Part shown: piece after piece, positions 48,023 through 58,380 of the stretch | Numbering within the stretch: the first letter of the stretch is position 1 | Layout: each line of letters begins with the position of its first letter | NCBI GenBank assembly: GCA_963814585.1 | Contig: CAWFDF010000003.1 | Span: 320,001 to 384,000, forward strand | Direction: 5' to 3' | From: an uncultured delta proteobacterium | Lineage (GTDB): Bacteria > Myxococcota > Myxococcia > Myxococcales > Anaeromyxobacteraceae | Length of the DNA: 64,000 nt | Made by a program: the position numbers and the translations under genes | Notes under the pieces: model-generated | The model's database searches: none | Told to the model about the DNA's origin: nothing | What the model saw: only the letters and a program-made list of their open reading frames with translations

Positions 48023-48990
48023 GGCGACCTCCGGCGGAGCTTCCCGGCGAGGTCGGTGGCCGACCCGAGGATGCCCCTGGGGAGGAGGATGACGATGGGG
48101 ACGAGCAGCGCCCCGAGGACGATCATCCAGTTCTGGGTGTAGGCGGTCACCGCCTGCTCCAGCCCGTAGAAGGCGGCCGCGCCCACCAGCGGCCCGAGGA
48201 AGGTGCCGGCGCCGCCGAGGACGGTCATCAGCACCGGGCGCGCCGAGAAGGACCAGTGCGCCATGTCCGGCGTGGCGATCCGGTTGAAGATGGCGAAGAG
48301 GACGCCGGCCAGGCCGGACACCGCCGCCGAGAGGACGAAGGCGGCGAGGCGCAGGCGCGCCACGCTGCCGCCCACGAAGGCGATCCGTTCCCGGTTCTCG
48401 CGGGAGGCCTGGAGGAGCAGCCCGAAGGGCGAGGCCACGATGCGCCGGAGGAGGAGCACCACCGCCACCGCCACGGCGAGGGCCAGCAGGTACATGTTGC
48501 GGGGGCGCGCCAGGGCCACCTCGACGAAGACCAGGCCGAGCCTCGGCACGCCGAAGCCGGTGAGCCCGTCCGAGCCGCCGGTCACCTCCCGCCAGTTCCA
48601 GGCGACGGCGTTGAGCATCATCCCCAGCCCGAGCGTGAGGATGGAGAAGTAGATCTCGTCGCGCCGCACCGCCAGGGCGCCGAGGGGGAGCGCCAGCAGC
48701 GCCGCGGCGACGGTGCCGCCGAGGAGCACCAGCCAGACGCTCTGCACGCCGTGAAGGAGGAGGAAGGCCGCGGCGTAGGCCCCGGCCCCGAAGAAGGCCG
48801 CCTGCCCGAAGGAGAGGAGACCGGCGTAGCCGAAGAGCAGGTTGAAGCCGAGCGCGAAGGTCCCGAGGATCAGGATCTCGGTCGCCACCAGGAGCGCGTA
48901 GCTCGGCAGGAAGAAGGCGAGCACCACCAGGGCGGCCACGGCCCCGGCGGCGAGGAGGCGGGTGGCGGCGGCGCGCCCGGGCCCGCCCAC
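48019..48990 (-). CDS. livM: ABC transporter permease (LivM-like)
   Basis: NLLFGYAGLLSFGQAAFFG, TGGSDG, SPFG, LGGAGTFLGP. Confidence 0.88.
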   Translation of the reverse strand: MGGPGRAAATRLLAAGAVAALVVLAFFLPSYALLVATEILILGTFALGFNLLFGYAGLLSFGQAAFFGAGAYAAAFLLLHGVQSVWLVLLGGTVAAALLALPLGALAVRRDEIYFSILTLGLGMMLNAVAWNWREVTGGSDGLTGFGVPRLGLVFVEVALARPRNMYLLALAVAVAVVLLLRRIVASPFGLLLQASRENRERIAFVGGSVARLRLAAFVLSAAVSGLAGVLFAIFNRIATPDMAHWSFSARPVLMTVLGGAGTFLGPLVGAAAFYGLEQAVTAYTQNWMIVLGALLVPIVILLPRGILGSATDLAGKLRRRSP

Positions 48991-48992
48991 CC

Positions 48993-49850
48993 TCAGGCCT
49001 CCCCGAAGAGCCCGCGGGGGCGGAGCACCAGGATCACCGTGAGGAGCAGGTACGGCACCGCCATCTGCGCCCGCGGCATCACCTGGGTGCCGAAGGCCTC
49101 GAGCAGCCCGAGCAGGAGGGCGCCGGCGAAGGCGCCGGGGAAGGACCCCAGCCCCCCCACCACCACCACGATGAAGCTCTCGATGATGACCCGCTCCCCC
49201 ATGGCCGGGCCGACGCTCTGGTAGGGCGCCGCCAGGGCGCCCCCCAGCGCCGCCAGCGCCGTCCCGAAGACGAACACCCCGGTGAAGAGGCGCGGGACCG
49301 CGATGCCTACGCCCGAGGCCATCTCCCGGTCGGAGGCTGCCGCCCGGATGATCCGTCCCCAGCGCGAGTGGCTGAAGAAGGCCCAGAGCCCGCCCCCCAC
49401 GACCGGGCCGAGCAGCACCAGGAAGAGCCGGTAGACGGGGAAGCTGTAGCCGGCCACCGCCACCGATCCCGACAGCAGCGCCGGAGGGTCGACCACGTGG
49501 TTGCCCGGGCCCCACAGGAGCCGGACCCCGTCCTCGAGCACGAGGAGGAGCGCGAAGGTGAGGAGGAGCTGGTAGGAGACGTCGCGCCCGTAGACCCGCC
49601 GGAGCAGGCCGGACTCGATCACCGCGCCGATGAGGCCGACCACCAGCGGGGCCGCCAGGAGCCCCCACCAGAACGAGCCGGTCCACCTGGCGACCGCCAT
49701 GCACGCGTAGGCCCCGACCATGAAGAGCGCGCCGTGGGCGAAGTTGAGGACCCCGGCCACCCCGAAGATGGTGGTGAGCCCCATGGCGATGAGGAAGAGC
49801 AGCATCCCCCAGGAGAGGCCGTTGAGGGCGTTGATGAGGACGAGGTCCAT
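48993..49850 (-). CDS. livH: ABC transporter permease (LivH-like)
   Basis: GLTTIFGVAGVLNFAHG, FIVVVVGGLGS, LRPRGLFG. Confidence 0.88.
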   Translation of the reverse strand: MDLVLINALNGLSWGMLLFLIAMGLTTIFGVAGVLNFAHGALFMVGAYACMAVARWTGSFWWGLLAAPLVVGLIGAVIESGLLRRVYGRDVSYQLLLTFALLLVLEDGVRLLWGPGNHVVDPPALLSGSVAVAGYSFPVYRLFLVLLGPVVGGGLWAFFSHSRWGRIIRAAASDREMASGVGIAVPRLFTGVFVFGTALAALGGALAAPYQSVGPAMGERVIIESFIVVVVGGLGSFPGAFAGALLLGLLEAFGTQVMPRAQMAVPYLLLTVILVLRPRGLFGEA

Positions 49851-49906
49851 CGGGGTCCGCCCCTGCCGCCGGCCCACGCGCGGGGCCGGCGGAGGGCGAG
49901 GCGGGC

Positions 49907-51128
49907 CTAGCGCTTCGGCATCTTGCAGGTCGAGGGCGGGGTGATTCTCGCTGCCGGAGAACGTCCTCGTCGGCTTGAGGATCCGGATGTCGTACCCCTT
50001 GTCGGCCGCGGTCACGCCCCAGGTGCCGTCCTGGACCGCCTGGTGGTCCTCGGGCCGGATGGTGATCCTGCCGACCGGGACCTCGAGCGAGAGCCCCTCG
50101 AGCGCCTGGGCGATGGCCCTCTTGTCGGTGCCCTTGGCCTTCTCGGCGGCCGCCTTGTAGGTCATGACCGCGGCGTAGGCGCCGTGGGCGTTGTAGGAGG
50201 GGGAGGCGCCGAACCGCTTCTTGTAGCGCTCGACGAACCCCTTGTTGAGCGCCGAGTCGTTGGCCAGGAACCAGTAGCGCGTCCCCACCCAGAGGCCGGT
50301 CGGCATCTTGTCCTTGAGCGCCTCCAGGACCTCGGTGGCGGCACCGAGGGTGAAGAGCAGGTGCTTCTTCTTCTGGAAGAAGCCGAGGTCGGTCGCCTGC
50401 TTGACGAAGTCGATGAGGTTCCCGCCCCAGAGCGAGATGATGACGCCGTCGGCGTCGGAGGCCATCACCTTGGTGATGTAGGGGGAGAAGTCGGTCGTCT
50501 TGGTGGGGGGGAAGGCGGCGTCGGCATCCGCGAGGAAGGTGGCATCGGGCTTCCGGCGTCCCAGCTCGGCCTTGAAGAACTCCCAGGACTGGTGACCGAA
50601 GGCGTAGTCGGGGCCGACCGTGGTCCAGCGCCTGGCGGGCAGATCCTGGGCGAGCCGGGCGGCGATCCCGATGTTCTGGGGCAGGGAGAGGGAGATGCGG
50701 TAGGTCCAGGCGTTGCACTTCTCGCCGGTGACGTGGGGCGTCGCGGCGTGGGTGATGATCAGCGGGGTCTCCAGCTCGGGCATGATCGGCGCCACGCCCT
50801 CGGCGGTGCCGGAGGAGTCGAGCCCGATCACCGCGTCCACGCCGTCGTCGTAGACCAGCTTGCGGACCACCCGGATGCCGACGTCGGCCTTGCCGGCCTC
50901 GTCCTCGAAGAAGGGCACCACCTTGCGGCCGAGGATGCCACCCTGCTGATTGACCTCCTCCACGGCCAGCTCGGCCCCCTGCTTGGCGAACTGGCCGTAG
51001 ACCGCCAGCGGGCCGGACATGATGTAGGCGAAGCCGAGCTTGACCGGCTTCTCGGCGGCGGCGGCGGGAGAGGCGAGGAGAACCGAGGCGGCGAGCAGGA
51101 CCGCGGACAGCGCGTGACGGGGACGCAT
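49907..51128 (-). CDS. ABC transporter periplasmic binding protein (LivK/PBP1 fold); one apparent extra base near 49945 causes read-through into livH
   Basis: RBS AGGAGG, signal peptide, PDYAFG, TTDFSPYI. Removing one A restores ...EITPPSTCKMPKR* with TAG at 49907-49909. Confidence 0.85.
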
Positions 51129-51152
51129 CTGAAACCCTCCTGTGGCTCGTGA

Positions 51153-51188
51153 GTGAGACGACCTCTTCTCTCACGGAGGTCGTTTCAC
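51153..51188. promoter_or_regulatory. 13-bp imperfect inverted repeat in the leader of the ABC operon
   Basis: GTGAGACGACCTC-N10-GAGGTCGTTTCAC, about 12 nt upstream of the RBS on the minus strand. Confidence 0.45.
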
Positions 51189-51323
51189 GGGGCGTCACAG
51201 AAGGGTCAAGGGTCGGGCATGGCGGCAACGGTGCGGCTGCGCGCACGCCCTTGCGGTGAAGGACCGCACCCTTCGGGGTCTGCCGGGACATGGTGCCGCG
51301 CCCCAGTGGCCCGGGACGTGTCG

Positions 51324-52316
51324 TCATCGCTTCCTGGCGGCGCGGCACTGGTCGCGCGCCGCCTTGACCTCGTCGAACCAGGCGGCCGGCACCACCCCGC
51401 CCCGCACCACCGGCCAGGCCTTCTCCATCGCCTGGCGCCACGGCCCGGCCTCGACGCTCACCACCTGCAGCCCCTGCTTCTTCATGGCGGTGACCGCGTC
51501 GACGTTGAGCTTGCGCACCTCGGCGTCGACCTTCACCCCCAGCTCCACGGCGATGGCCTGGAGCTTGGCCCGCAGGTCCGGGGCGATCTTCTCCCAGGCG
51601 TCCTTGCGCACGATGGTGGCGCCGTAGATGTAGCCCCAGGGCAGGTCCACCATGTGGTCGGCCTTCTCGAAGAGCCGGGTGGTGAGGATGTAGAGCGGCA
51701 CGTTGGTGATGCAGTTGATCATCCCGGTCTGCAGCGACGGGACCACGTCGGTGGAGGAGAGCACCACCGGGCGGAAGCCGGCGGCCCGCCAGGCGTCGAC
51801 GCTCTTGGGATCGCCCTCCCAGGCGAAGACCTTGGCGTCGGCGGCGGCCATCTCGGCGGGCGTGCGGTGGGGCCGGTCGCAGAACATCGACATGGCGCCG
51901 ATGCGGCTCCACTGGAGCACCACGAAGCCCTTGGCCTCGAAGGCCGCCTCGAGCCTGGCCCGCATCTTCTGGAAGGCGCACTCGACGTCGGCCTCGCCGT
52001 CGAAGAACATGGGCAGCGAGAGCATCTGCGGCTCGGGCATGATGTCGTGCATGCCGATGTTCGAGATGGAGGAGGCCTGCAGCTGGTTGATCCCCATCTT
52101 GCGGACCATGTCCCCCTCGCTCCCCTGGGTGCCGCCGGCGTAGACGCGCAGCTTCACCTGGCCGGCCGAGGCCTGCTCCCAGCGCTGCCCCAGCTCCTTG
52201 AGGATCTCGTGCCAGGTGGAGCCGGCCGGCGCCAGCGTCCCCAGCTTGATGGTGACCTGGGCCTGCGCCGTCGAGGCGAGGAGGACGGCGATCGCGGCGG
52301 CGAGGGGCTTCTTCAC
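51324..52316 (-). CDS. dctP: TRAP transporter substrate-binding protein
   Basis: RBS AAGGAG; IKLGTLAPAGSTW, YAGGTQGSEGDMVRKM, DVVPSLQTGMI. Confidence 0.9.
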   Translation of the reverse strand: MKKPLAAAIAVLLASTAQAQVTIKLGTLAPAGSTWHEILKELGQRWEQASAGQVKLRVYAGGTQGSEGDMVRKMGINQLQASSISNIGMHDIMPEPQMLSLPMFFDGEADVECAFQKMRARLEAAFEAKGFVVLQWSRIGAMSMFCDRPHRTPAEMAAADAKVFAWEGDPKSVDAWRAAGFRPVVLSSTDVVPSLQTGMINCITNVPLYILTTRLFEKADHMVDLPWGYIYGATIVRKDAWEKIAPDLRAKLQAIAVELGVKVDAEVRKLNVDAVTAMKKQGLQVVSVEAGPWRQAMEKAWPVVRGGVVPAAWFDEVKAARDQCRAARKR

Positions 52317-52365
52317 GGGGTGCTCCTTGGGTCCGGGGACGGTGTGGCGGGCCGGCGGCGCCGCG

Positions 52366-53274
52366 TCAGAGGAAGAGGTCGTCGACGTGGTCGAGCAGCA
52401 GCCGGGCCTTGCGCTGGGCCAGGGTGTTGGCGAGGCGGAAGCGCGGCGCGGCGTCGACGTCGGCGCGCAGCACCTCCTCGAGGAGGGCGGTGAAGGCGGC
52501 CCGGTCCTGCACCTGCACCAGCTGCCCCTCGGCCAGGGAGACGCTCGGACCGAGCTTCTGATTCATGGAGAGGGCCAGCGCCCGCTCGTAGTGGGCCCGG
52601 ACCCGGGCCGGCCCGCCCCCCTCCTGCTCGGTGCGGCTGGCGTCGTAGGCGACGAAGAACTCGTGGATCGAGCCATCTCCCCAGGCCTCGTCGAGCGCCA
52701 GGGCCCGCTCCATCATGGCGACGGGCGCGGGGAGCTCGGCCACCAGCCCGAGATCGGCCTTGGCGCTGACGATGGCCAGGGTCCAGGCCGAGGCCGTCCA
52801 GTAGAGGGCCGGGACGTCCTCCTGGCTGGCCGTGGCGAGCGCTCCGGGCAGGTCGCGCACCGTCCTGAGGCGCCTCCCCATCCCGTCGCGCTGCTCGTCG
52901 AGCGCCCGCAGCCCGTAGTCGCGGGCCCGCAGGAAGAGCCGGCGGGCCCGGGCCCGCTCCTGCTTGGCGGCCGCCAGGCGACCCTCCAGGTCGGCGGCGT
53001 CGGCGTCGGCGGCCACGAAGGCGTAGGCGTACTGGGTGTACCCGCTGCAGAGCGCCAGCAGCAGCTTCTCGTTGCCGGGGTCGGAGGAGAGCACCGACTC
53101 CATGGTCTTGAGCCCGAACGGCACCGCGTCGCGGACCAGCTCGGGGTCGTCGTCGCTGGCGTAGGTGTCGCCGCCGCTGGTGAGGGCGTTGGCGGCCACC
53201 CGGGCGGCCAGCCCGGCGCAGCCCGACGCGGTGAGCGAGACCAGGGCGGCGGCGAGGACGGTGGAGCGCAGCAT
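52366..53274 (-). CDS. TRAP-T (TPAT) TatT lipoprotein component
   Basis: Lipobox ASGC; DDPELVRDAVPFGLK, GYTQYAYAFV, LYWTA.AW, GGG..R...H..RAL; directly upstream of dctP. Confidence 0.85.
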   Translation of the reverse strand: MLRSTVLAAALVSLTASGCAGLAARVAANALTSGGDTYASDDDPELVRDAVPFGLKTMESVLSSDPGNEKLLLALCSGYTQYAYAFVAADADAADLEGRLAAAKQERARARRLFLRARDYGLRALDEQRDGMGRRLRTVRDLPGALATASQEDVPALYWTASAWTLAIVSAKADLGLVAELPAPVAMMERALALDEAWGDGSIHEFFVAYDASRTEQEGGGPARVRAHYERALALSMNQKLGPSVSLAEGQLVQVQDRAAFTALLEEVLRADVDAAPRFRLANTLAQRKARLLLDHVDDLFL

Positions 53275-53344
53275 CGACCTGATCCCCGAGCAGTTCGTGG
53301 TACTCATAGGCCCCCCGCCGGGCGGGGGTCAAATACATCCTCCC

Positions 53345-55204
53345 GTGAACACCGCACCCATCACCGGGCCCGAGGCCGACCACCCCAAGCCTGGCACCCG
53401 CCTCGAGCGGGCCCTGGTCACGGTGCTGCTGCTGGCCATGATCGCGCTGCCGGCCGCCTCCGCGCTGTCGCGCCGCTTCCTCGGACGCGACCTGCCGGGC
53501 GCCTCGGTCCTGGCCCAGCACATCACCCTCTGGGTCGGCTTCCTCGGGGCACTGCTGGCCACCGCCTCGGAGCGCCACCTCGGCCTCTCCACGCTGGGCG
53601 TCCTGCCCGACGGCCCGCCGCGCCGTGCCCTCCACGCCTTCGGCCAGATCACCAGCGCCGCCGCCTGCGCGCTGCTGGCGTGGGCCTCCATCCGGCTGGT
53701 CGAGGTGGAGTGGGGCAGCCAGGGCATGGTGGCCTTCGGCATCCGGGTGGCGTGGAGCCAGCTGGTGATGCCGCTCGGCTTCGCCGTCATGGCGCTGCGC
53801 TTCGCCTGGATGGCCGGGGCCTGCCCGCTGAAGCGGGGCCCCTGGTGCTGGATCCCGCGCGGGCTGGCGCTGGCCGCCATCCCCGCCATCTTCCTGCTGG
53901 GCCGGGCCACGCCCTCCCCCGCGCTGGTGACGCTGCTGCTGCTGGTGACGCTGGCGGCCTTCCTGGTCGGCGCCCCGGTCTTCGTGGCCATGAGCGGGGT
54001 GGCCATGGCGCTCTTCTTCCGCGACGGCGGCGCCGGGGCCATCGCCGCCGTCCCCACCGCCACCTTCAACCTGGTCTCCTCCTCCACCCTCCCCGCCATC
54101 CCGCTCCTCACCGTGGCCGGCTACGTGCTGGCCGAGGGCGGCGCGGCCCGGCGGCTGGTGCGCGCCTACAAGGGGATGTTCGGCTGGATGCCGGGCGGCG
54201 TGGCGGTGATGGCCACCAGCGTGTGCGCGGTCTTCACCACCTTCACCGGCGCCTCGGGCGTGACCATCCTGGCGGTGGGCGGCCTGCTGCTCCCGGCGCT
54301 GCTCGAGGACCGGTACCCGGAGGGCTTCTCGCTCGGGCTGGTGACCGCCTCCGGCTCGCTCGGCCTGCTCTTCCCACCTTCACTCCCCGTCATCCTCTAT
54401 GCGGTGGTGGCCGGCGCCGCCATCGACCAGCTCTTCATCGGCGGGCTGCTCCCCGGCATCCTCATGATCCTGCTGGTGGCCGCCTACGGGGTCTGGACCG
54501 GGGTCCGCGCCGGCGCCCCGCGCCAGTCCTTCGACCCGCGCGAGGCGTGGCGGGCCATCTGGGACGCCAAGTGGGACCTCGGCCTGCCGCTGCTGGTGGT
54601 GGTGGCGGTCGGCGGCGGGTACGCCACCGTGGTGGAGGCCTCGGCGCTGGCGGCGGCCTACTCGATCGCGGTCGAGCTGGTGATCTTCCGCGAGATCAAG
54701 CCGCTCCGCGACCTGCCCGGGGTCCTCTCCAGCGCCGCCACCCTGGTGGGCTCGGTGGTGCTGCTGCTCGGCACGGCGCTCGGCGTCACCAGCTGGTTCG
54801 TCGACGCCGAGATCCCCACCCGGCTGGTGGAGTGGATGACCACCCACGTGCAGAGCCCGGCCCTCTTCCTGCTCATGCTCAACGGCGTGCTGCTGGTCCT
54901 GGGGAGCGTGCTGGAGATCTACTCGGCCATCGTGGTGCTGGCCCCGCTGGTGGCGCCGCTCGGGGTGGCCTACGGGATCGAGCCCATCCACCTGGGCGTG
55001 GTCTTCCTCGCCAACCTGGAGCTGGGCTTCCTCTTCCCGCCCATGGGGCTCAACCTCTTCCTCTCGGCGCAGCGCTTCCAGAGGCCGCTGCCCCAGCTCT
55101 ACCGCCACGCCTTCCCCTTCCTGCTCATCATGTCGGCGGGCGTGCTGGCCATCACCTACCTGCCCATCCTCACCACCGGCGTGGTGCAGCTCTTCGACCG
55201 GTAG
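53345..55204 (+). CDS. dctM: TRAP transporter fused small+large permease (DctQM)
   Basis: DctQ-like N-terminal TMs (LWVGFLGA...H), then AIPL, FTGASG, GSLGLLFPPS.P.ILY, LFPPMGLNLF. Confidence 0.9.
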   Translation: MNTAPITGPEADHPKPGTRLERALVTVLLLAMIALPAASALSRRFLGRDLPGASVLAQHITLWVGFLGALLATASERHLGLSTLGVLPDGPPRRALHAFGQITSAAACALLAWASIRLVEVEWGSQGMVAFGIRVAWSQLVMPLGFAVMALRFAWMAGACPLKRGPWCWIPRGLALAAIPAIFLLGRATPSPALVTLLLLVTLAAFLVGAPVFVAMSGVAMALFFRDGGAGAIAAVPTATFNLVSSSTLPAIPLLTVAGYVLAEGGAARRLVRAYKGMFGWMPGGVAVMATSVCAVFTTFTGASGVTILAVGGLLLPALLEDRYPEGFSLGLVTASGSLGLLFPPSLPVILYAVVAGAAIDQLFIGGLLPGILMILLVAAYGVWTGVRAGAPRQSFDPREAWRAIWDAKWDLGLPLLVVVAVGGGYATVVEASALAAAYSIAVELVIFREIKPLRDLPGVLSSAATLVGSVVLLLGTALGVTSWFVDAEIPTRLVEWMTTHVQSPALFLLMLNGVLLVLGSVLEIYSAIVVLAPLVAPLGVAYGIEPIHLGVVFLANLELGFLFPPMGLNLFLSAQRFQRPLPQLYRHAFPFLLIMSAGVLAITYLPILTTGVVQLFDR

Positions 55205-55240
55205 CGGCCCACCCTCGCCGGGGGCGCGCTCCCTCGGCCG

Positions 55241-57073
55241 CTACCTGGCCGCCGGCCGCTCCTCCGGGCGGACCTGCCCCAGCACCGCGGCCAGGTCGGC
55301 ATCGGCCAGGGTCTCGCGCTCCAGCAGCTGCCGGGCCCCGGCGTCGAGCAGGTCCCGGTTGTGCTCCAGCAGCCGGCGGGCCCGAAGGAAGGCGGCGTCG
55401 ACCAGGTCGCGCACCGCCATGTCGATCTCGCGGGCGGTGTCCTCGGCGTAGCGGCGCGGCCCCTCCAGGCCCTGGCCGAGGAAGCCCTGCGGCTCGCTCT
55501 CGTAGGAGACCGGGCCGAGCCGCTCGCCCATGCCGAAGCGGGTCACCATGGAGCGGGCGATGTCGGTGGCCTTGGCGATGTCGTCGGCGGCGCCGGTGGA
55601 GAGGTGACCGAAGACCAGGTGCTCGGCGGCGCGGCCGCCCATCAGCACCGTCATCTTGCCGGCCAGCTCGTCGCGGGTCATGAGGAAGCGGTCCTCGGTG
55701 GGGCGCTGGATGGTGTAGCCGAGCGCGCCGACGCCGCGCGGGATGATGGAGATCTTGTGGACCGGGTCGCTGCCCGGCACCGCGCCGGCCACCAGCGCGT
55801 GGCCCAGCTCGTGGTGGGCCACGATCTCCCGCTCCCTGGGGTTGAGGAGCCGGTTCTTCTTCTCCAGGCCGGCCACGATCCGCTCGATGGCCAGGTTGAA
55901 GTCGTTCATGCCGACCTGGTCGGCGCCGCGCCGGGTGGCCACCAGGGCCGCCTCGTTCACCAGGTTGGCGAGGTCGGCGCCGGTGAAGCCGGGGGTGAGC
56001 GCCGCCACCTGCTCCAGCTTCACCTCGGCGTCGAGCTGCACCTTCCGGGCGTGCACCTCCAGGATCTGCACGCGCCCGTGCCGGTCGGGCCGGTCCACCA
56101 GCACCTGCCGGTCGAAGCGGCCGGCGCGCAGCAGCGCCGGATCGAGGATCTCCGGCCGGTTGGTGGCGGCCAGCAGGACCAGGCCGCTGCTGGCGTCGAA
56201 GCCGTCCAGCTCCACCAGCAGCTGGTTGAGCGTCTGCTCCTTCTCGTCGTGGCCGCCGCCCAGGCCCTGGATGGAGGCGCGGGCCCGGCCCAGGGCGTCG
56301 AGCTCGTCGATGAAGATGATGGCCGGGGCCTTCTTCCGCGCCTGCTCGAAGAGGTCGCGCACCCGGGCGGCGCCGACGCCCACGAACATCTCCACGAACT
56401 CGGAGCCGGAGATGGAGAAGAAGGGGACGCCGGCCTCGCCGGCCACCGCCTTGGCCAGCAGCGTCTTGCCGGTGCCGGGCGGGCCGACCAGCAGCACGCC
56501 CTTGGGCATGCGGGCCCCGAGGCGGCCGTAGCTCTTCGGGTCCTTGAGGAACGAGACCACCTCCTGCAGCTCGGCCTTGGCCTCGTCCACGCCGGCCACG
56601 TCGGCGAAGGAGGTCCTGGTGTCGGTCTCCACGTAGACCTTGGCCTTCGACTTGCCGATGGCCATCAGCCCGCCGCCGGGGCCGCCCTGGCCGGCCATGC
56701 GCCGCGCCAGGAACATCCAGACGCCGAAGAAGAGGAGGACCGGGAGGATCCAGGAGAGCAGCATGGACAGGACGTTGCTCTCCAGCCGGCCCGAGTAGGT
56801 CACGCCGGCCTCGTCCAGCTCGCGGGCGATGTCGGCGTCGACGCGGGTGGTGACGAAGCGGCTCTTCCCCTCCAGGGGGGCCTTGAGCATCCCCTCGATC
56901 CGGTCCGGCCCGATCACCACCTTCTCCACCTGCTTGTCGCGCACCAGCCGCTGGAACTGGGAGTAGGGGAGGTTGGCCACCGCCTGCGAGCGGGCCCAGA
57001 GGTCCTGCAGCAGCAGGACGCCGAGGACGGCCAGCGAGACGTAGAAGAGGTTGAAGCGGGTCCTGGAGGTCAT
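55241..57073 (-). CDS. ftsH: ATP-dependent zinc metalloprotease
   Basis: Two TMs, [36 protein letters not shown]. Confidence 0.96.
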   Translation of the reverse strand: MTSRTRFNLFYVSLAVLGVLLLQDLWARSQAVANLPYSQFQRLVRDKQVEKVVIGPDRIEGMLKAPLEGKSRFVTTRVDADIARELDEAGVTYSGRLESNVLSMLLSWILPVLLFFGVWMFLARRMAGQGGPGGGLMAIGKSKAKVYVETDTRTSFADVAGVDEAKAELQEVVSFLKDPKSYGRLGARMPKGVLLVGPPGTGKTLLAKAVAGEAGVPFFSISGSEFVEMFVGVGAARVRDLFEQARKKAPAIIFIDELDALGRARASIQGLGGGHDEKEQTLNQLLVELDGFDASSGLVLLAATNRPEILDPALLRAGRFDRQVLVDRPDRHGRVQILEVHARKVQLDAEVKLEQVAALTPGFTGADLANLVNEAALVATRRGADQVGMNDFNLAIERIVAGLEKKNRLLNPREREIVAHHELGHALVAGAVPGSDPVHKISIIPRGVGALGYTIQRPTEDRFLMTRDELAGKMTVLMGGRAAEHLVFGHLSTGAADDIAKATDIARSMVTRFGMGERLGPVSYESEPQGFLGQGLEGPRRYAEDTAREIDMAVRDLVDAAFLRARRLLEHNRDLLDAGARQLLERETLADADLAAVLGQVRPEERPAAR

Positions 57074-57192
57074 GGCGCGGTCACCGCAGGGGGCGCGACG
57101 GCCTCGCCGGGGCGCCCTCTGGCAGAGATAACCATCCGGCCCGCCGCGGCAACCGGGGAAAGAGGGGGCGCCCCGTGGCGGGGCGCGCGGGC

Positions 57193-58380
57193 TCAGCCGC
57201 CGCGGCGCCGCTTCTCCAGCTGCCGGAAGGTGGCGCCGATGGTGGCGAGGAAGCTCCCCAGGAAGGACTCGAAGCGCCCGATCTCGTCCTGCTCCGACCG
57301 GGAGATGGTCCCGCCGATCTCGTAGTCGCCCCCGGCCAGGCGGGTCGAGGCGTCCTCCATGGCCCGGGTCATCCGCTCCAGCCGCCGGAACACCAGCCGC
57401 TCCAGCACCAGGAGGATGACCCCGAACACGGCCAGGGCCAGCAGGCCGATGAGGACGATGACGCGGAGCTGCTCCCCGCGCAGCTTCTCGCGCAGCGCGC
57501 CCACGTCGTGGACCACGAAGAGGCCCCCGACGGTGCGCCCGGCGGCGTCGTGCACCGGCACCACGCCCCGGACCAGCTGCCTGACCCCCCCCTTGCCGAA
57601 GCGCTCGATGAAGCGGCCGCCCTCGGGGATCTGGCGCACGTCCCCGATGGCCCCGGGGACCAGGACGTCCGGGCTGGTCGCCTCGACGGTGACGACCTCC
57701 GGGTCGTCGCTCCAGTTGTTCCGGCCCACGCCCCGCGCCGCGGCCCAGGCGCTCTCCTCGAGGAACCCCTTGTGCATGACCAGGGCGAAGTCGTCGCCGG
57801 TCTCCCGCTTCAGGCGCGCCAGGAAGCCCTCGATCCCCTCCCCCAGCTCCACGTAGCCCTGGATCCGTCCCTTCAGGACGACCGGGCGCACCACCCGGAA
57901 CGCCAGCGCCGTCCGGTCGAGCTCGATGCCGGAGGCGGCCACCCCGGTCCGGATGGCGGCATCCAGCGCCATGAGACGCACCAGGTCGCCGGACAGCTCG
58001 GGGCGGTGGACCCGGAGGAAGCAGGTGCGCGCCGGCTCCGGCTCGATGAACGTCCAGAGGCCGATGCCGTGCTGGTGCTTCAGCTCCCGGAGCACCGGCG
58101 CGGTCGCCTCCAGCAGGCCGGCGCGGTCGCGCTGGGCCAGCAGCGCGGTGAAGACCGGGTTGAGGAGCAGCGCGTCGAGCGTGGCGGAGAGCTTCTCGAC
58201 CTCGCGCTGCTCCATGTCGGCGAGGGCCTTGGCGGCGGACCGGACCGACCGCTCGGCCTCGTAGTGCATGTCGTCGTGGTAGTTGCTGTAGGCCATCCAG
58301 GCGTTCACCAGGGCGACCACGCCGAGGCAGACCACCACGGCGCCGGCGAGCTTCAGCTTGATGGAGAGCGTGCGGATCAA
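57193..58380 (-). CDS. membrane sensor with TM-dCache-TM-HAMP architecture and no cytoplasmic output domain
   Basis: TTG start overlapping the upstream stop; TM, CFLRVHRPELSGD..GIELDR..RVV.P (dCache_3-like), second TM, HAMP (RLERMT...DEIG), then stop. Confidence 0.75.
   Translation of the reverse strand: MIRTLSIKLKLAGAVVVCLGVVALVNAWMAYSNYHDDMHYEAERSVRSAAKALADMEQREVEKLSATLDALLLNPVFTALLAQRDRAGLLEATAPVLRELKHQHGIGLWTFIEPEPARTCFLRVHRPELSGDLVRLMALDAAIRTGVAASGIELDRTALAFRVVRPVVLKGRIQGYVELGEGIEGFLARLKRETGDDFALVMHKGFLEESAWAAARGVGRNNWSDDPEVVTVEATSPDVLVPGAIGDVRQIPEGGRFIERFGKGGVRQLVRGVVPVHDAAGRTVGGLFVVHDVGALREKLRGEQLRVIVLIGLLALAVFGVILLVLERLVFRRLERMTRAMEDASTRLAGGDYEIGGTISRSEQDEIGRFESFLGSFLATIGATFRQLEKRRRGG

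Noticed and set aside
48993..51128. Binding protein-permease fusion (711 aa)
   Set aside because: One extra A near 49945 explains the read-through. Removing it gives a normal stop at 49907, and livH has its own ATG at 49850.
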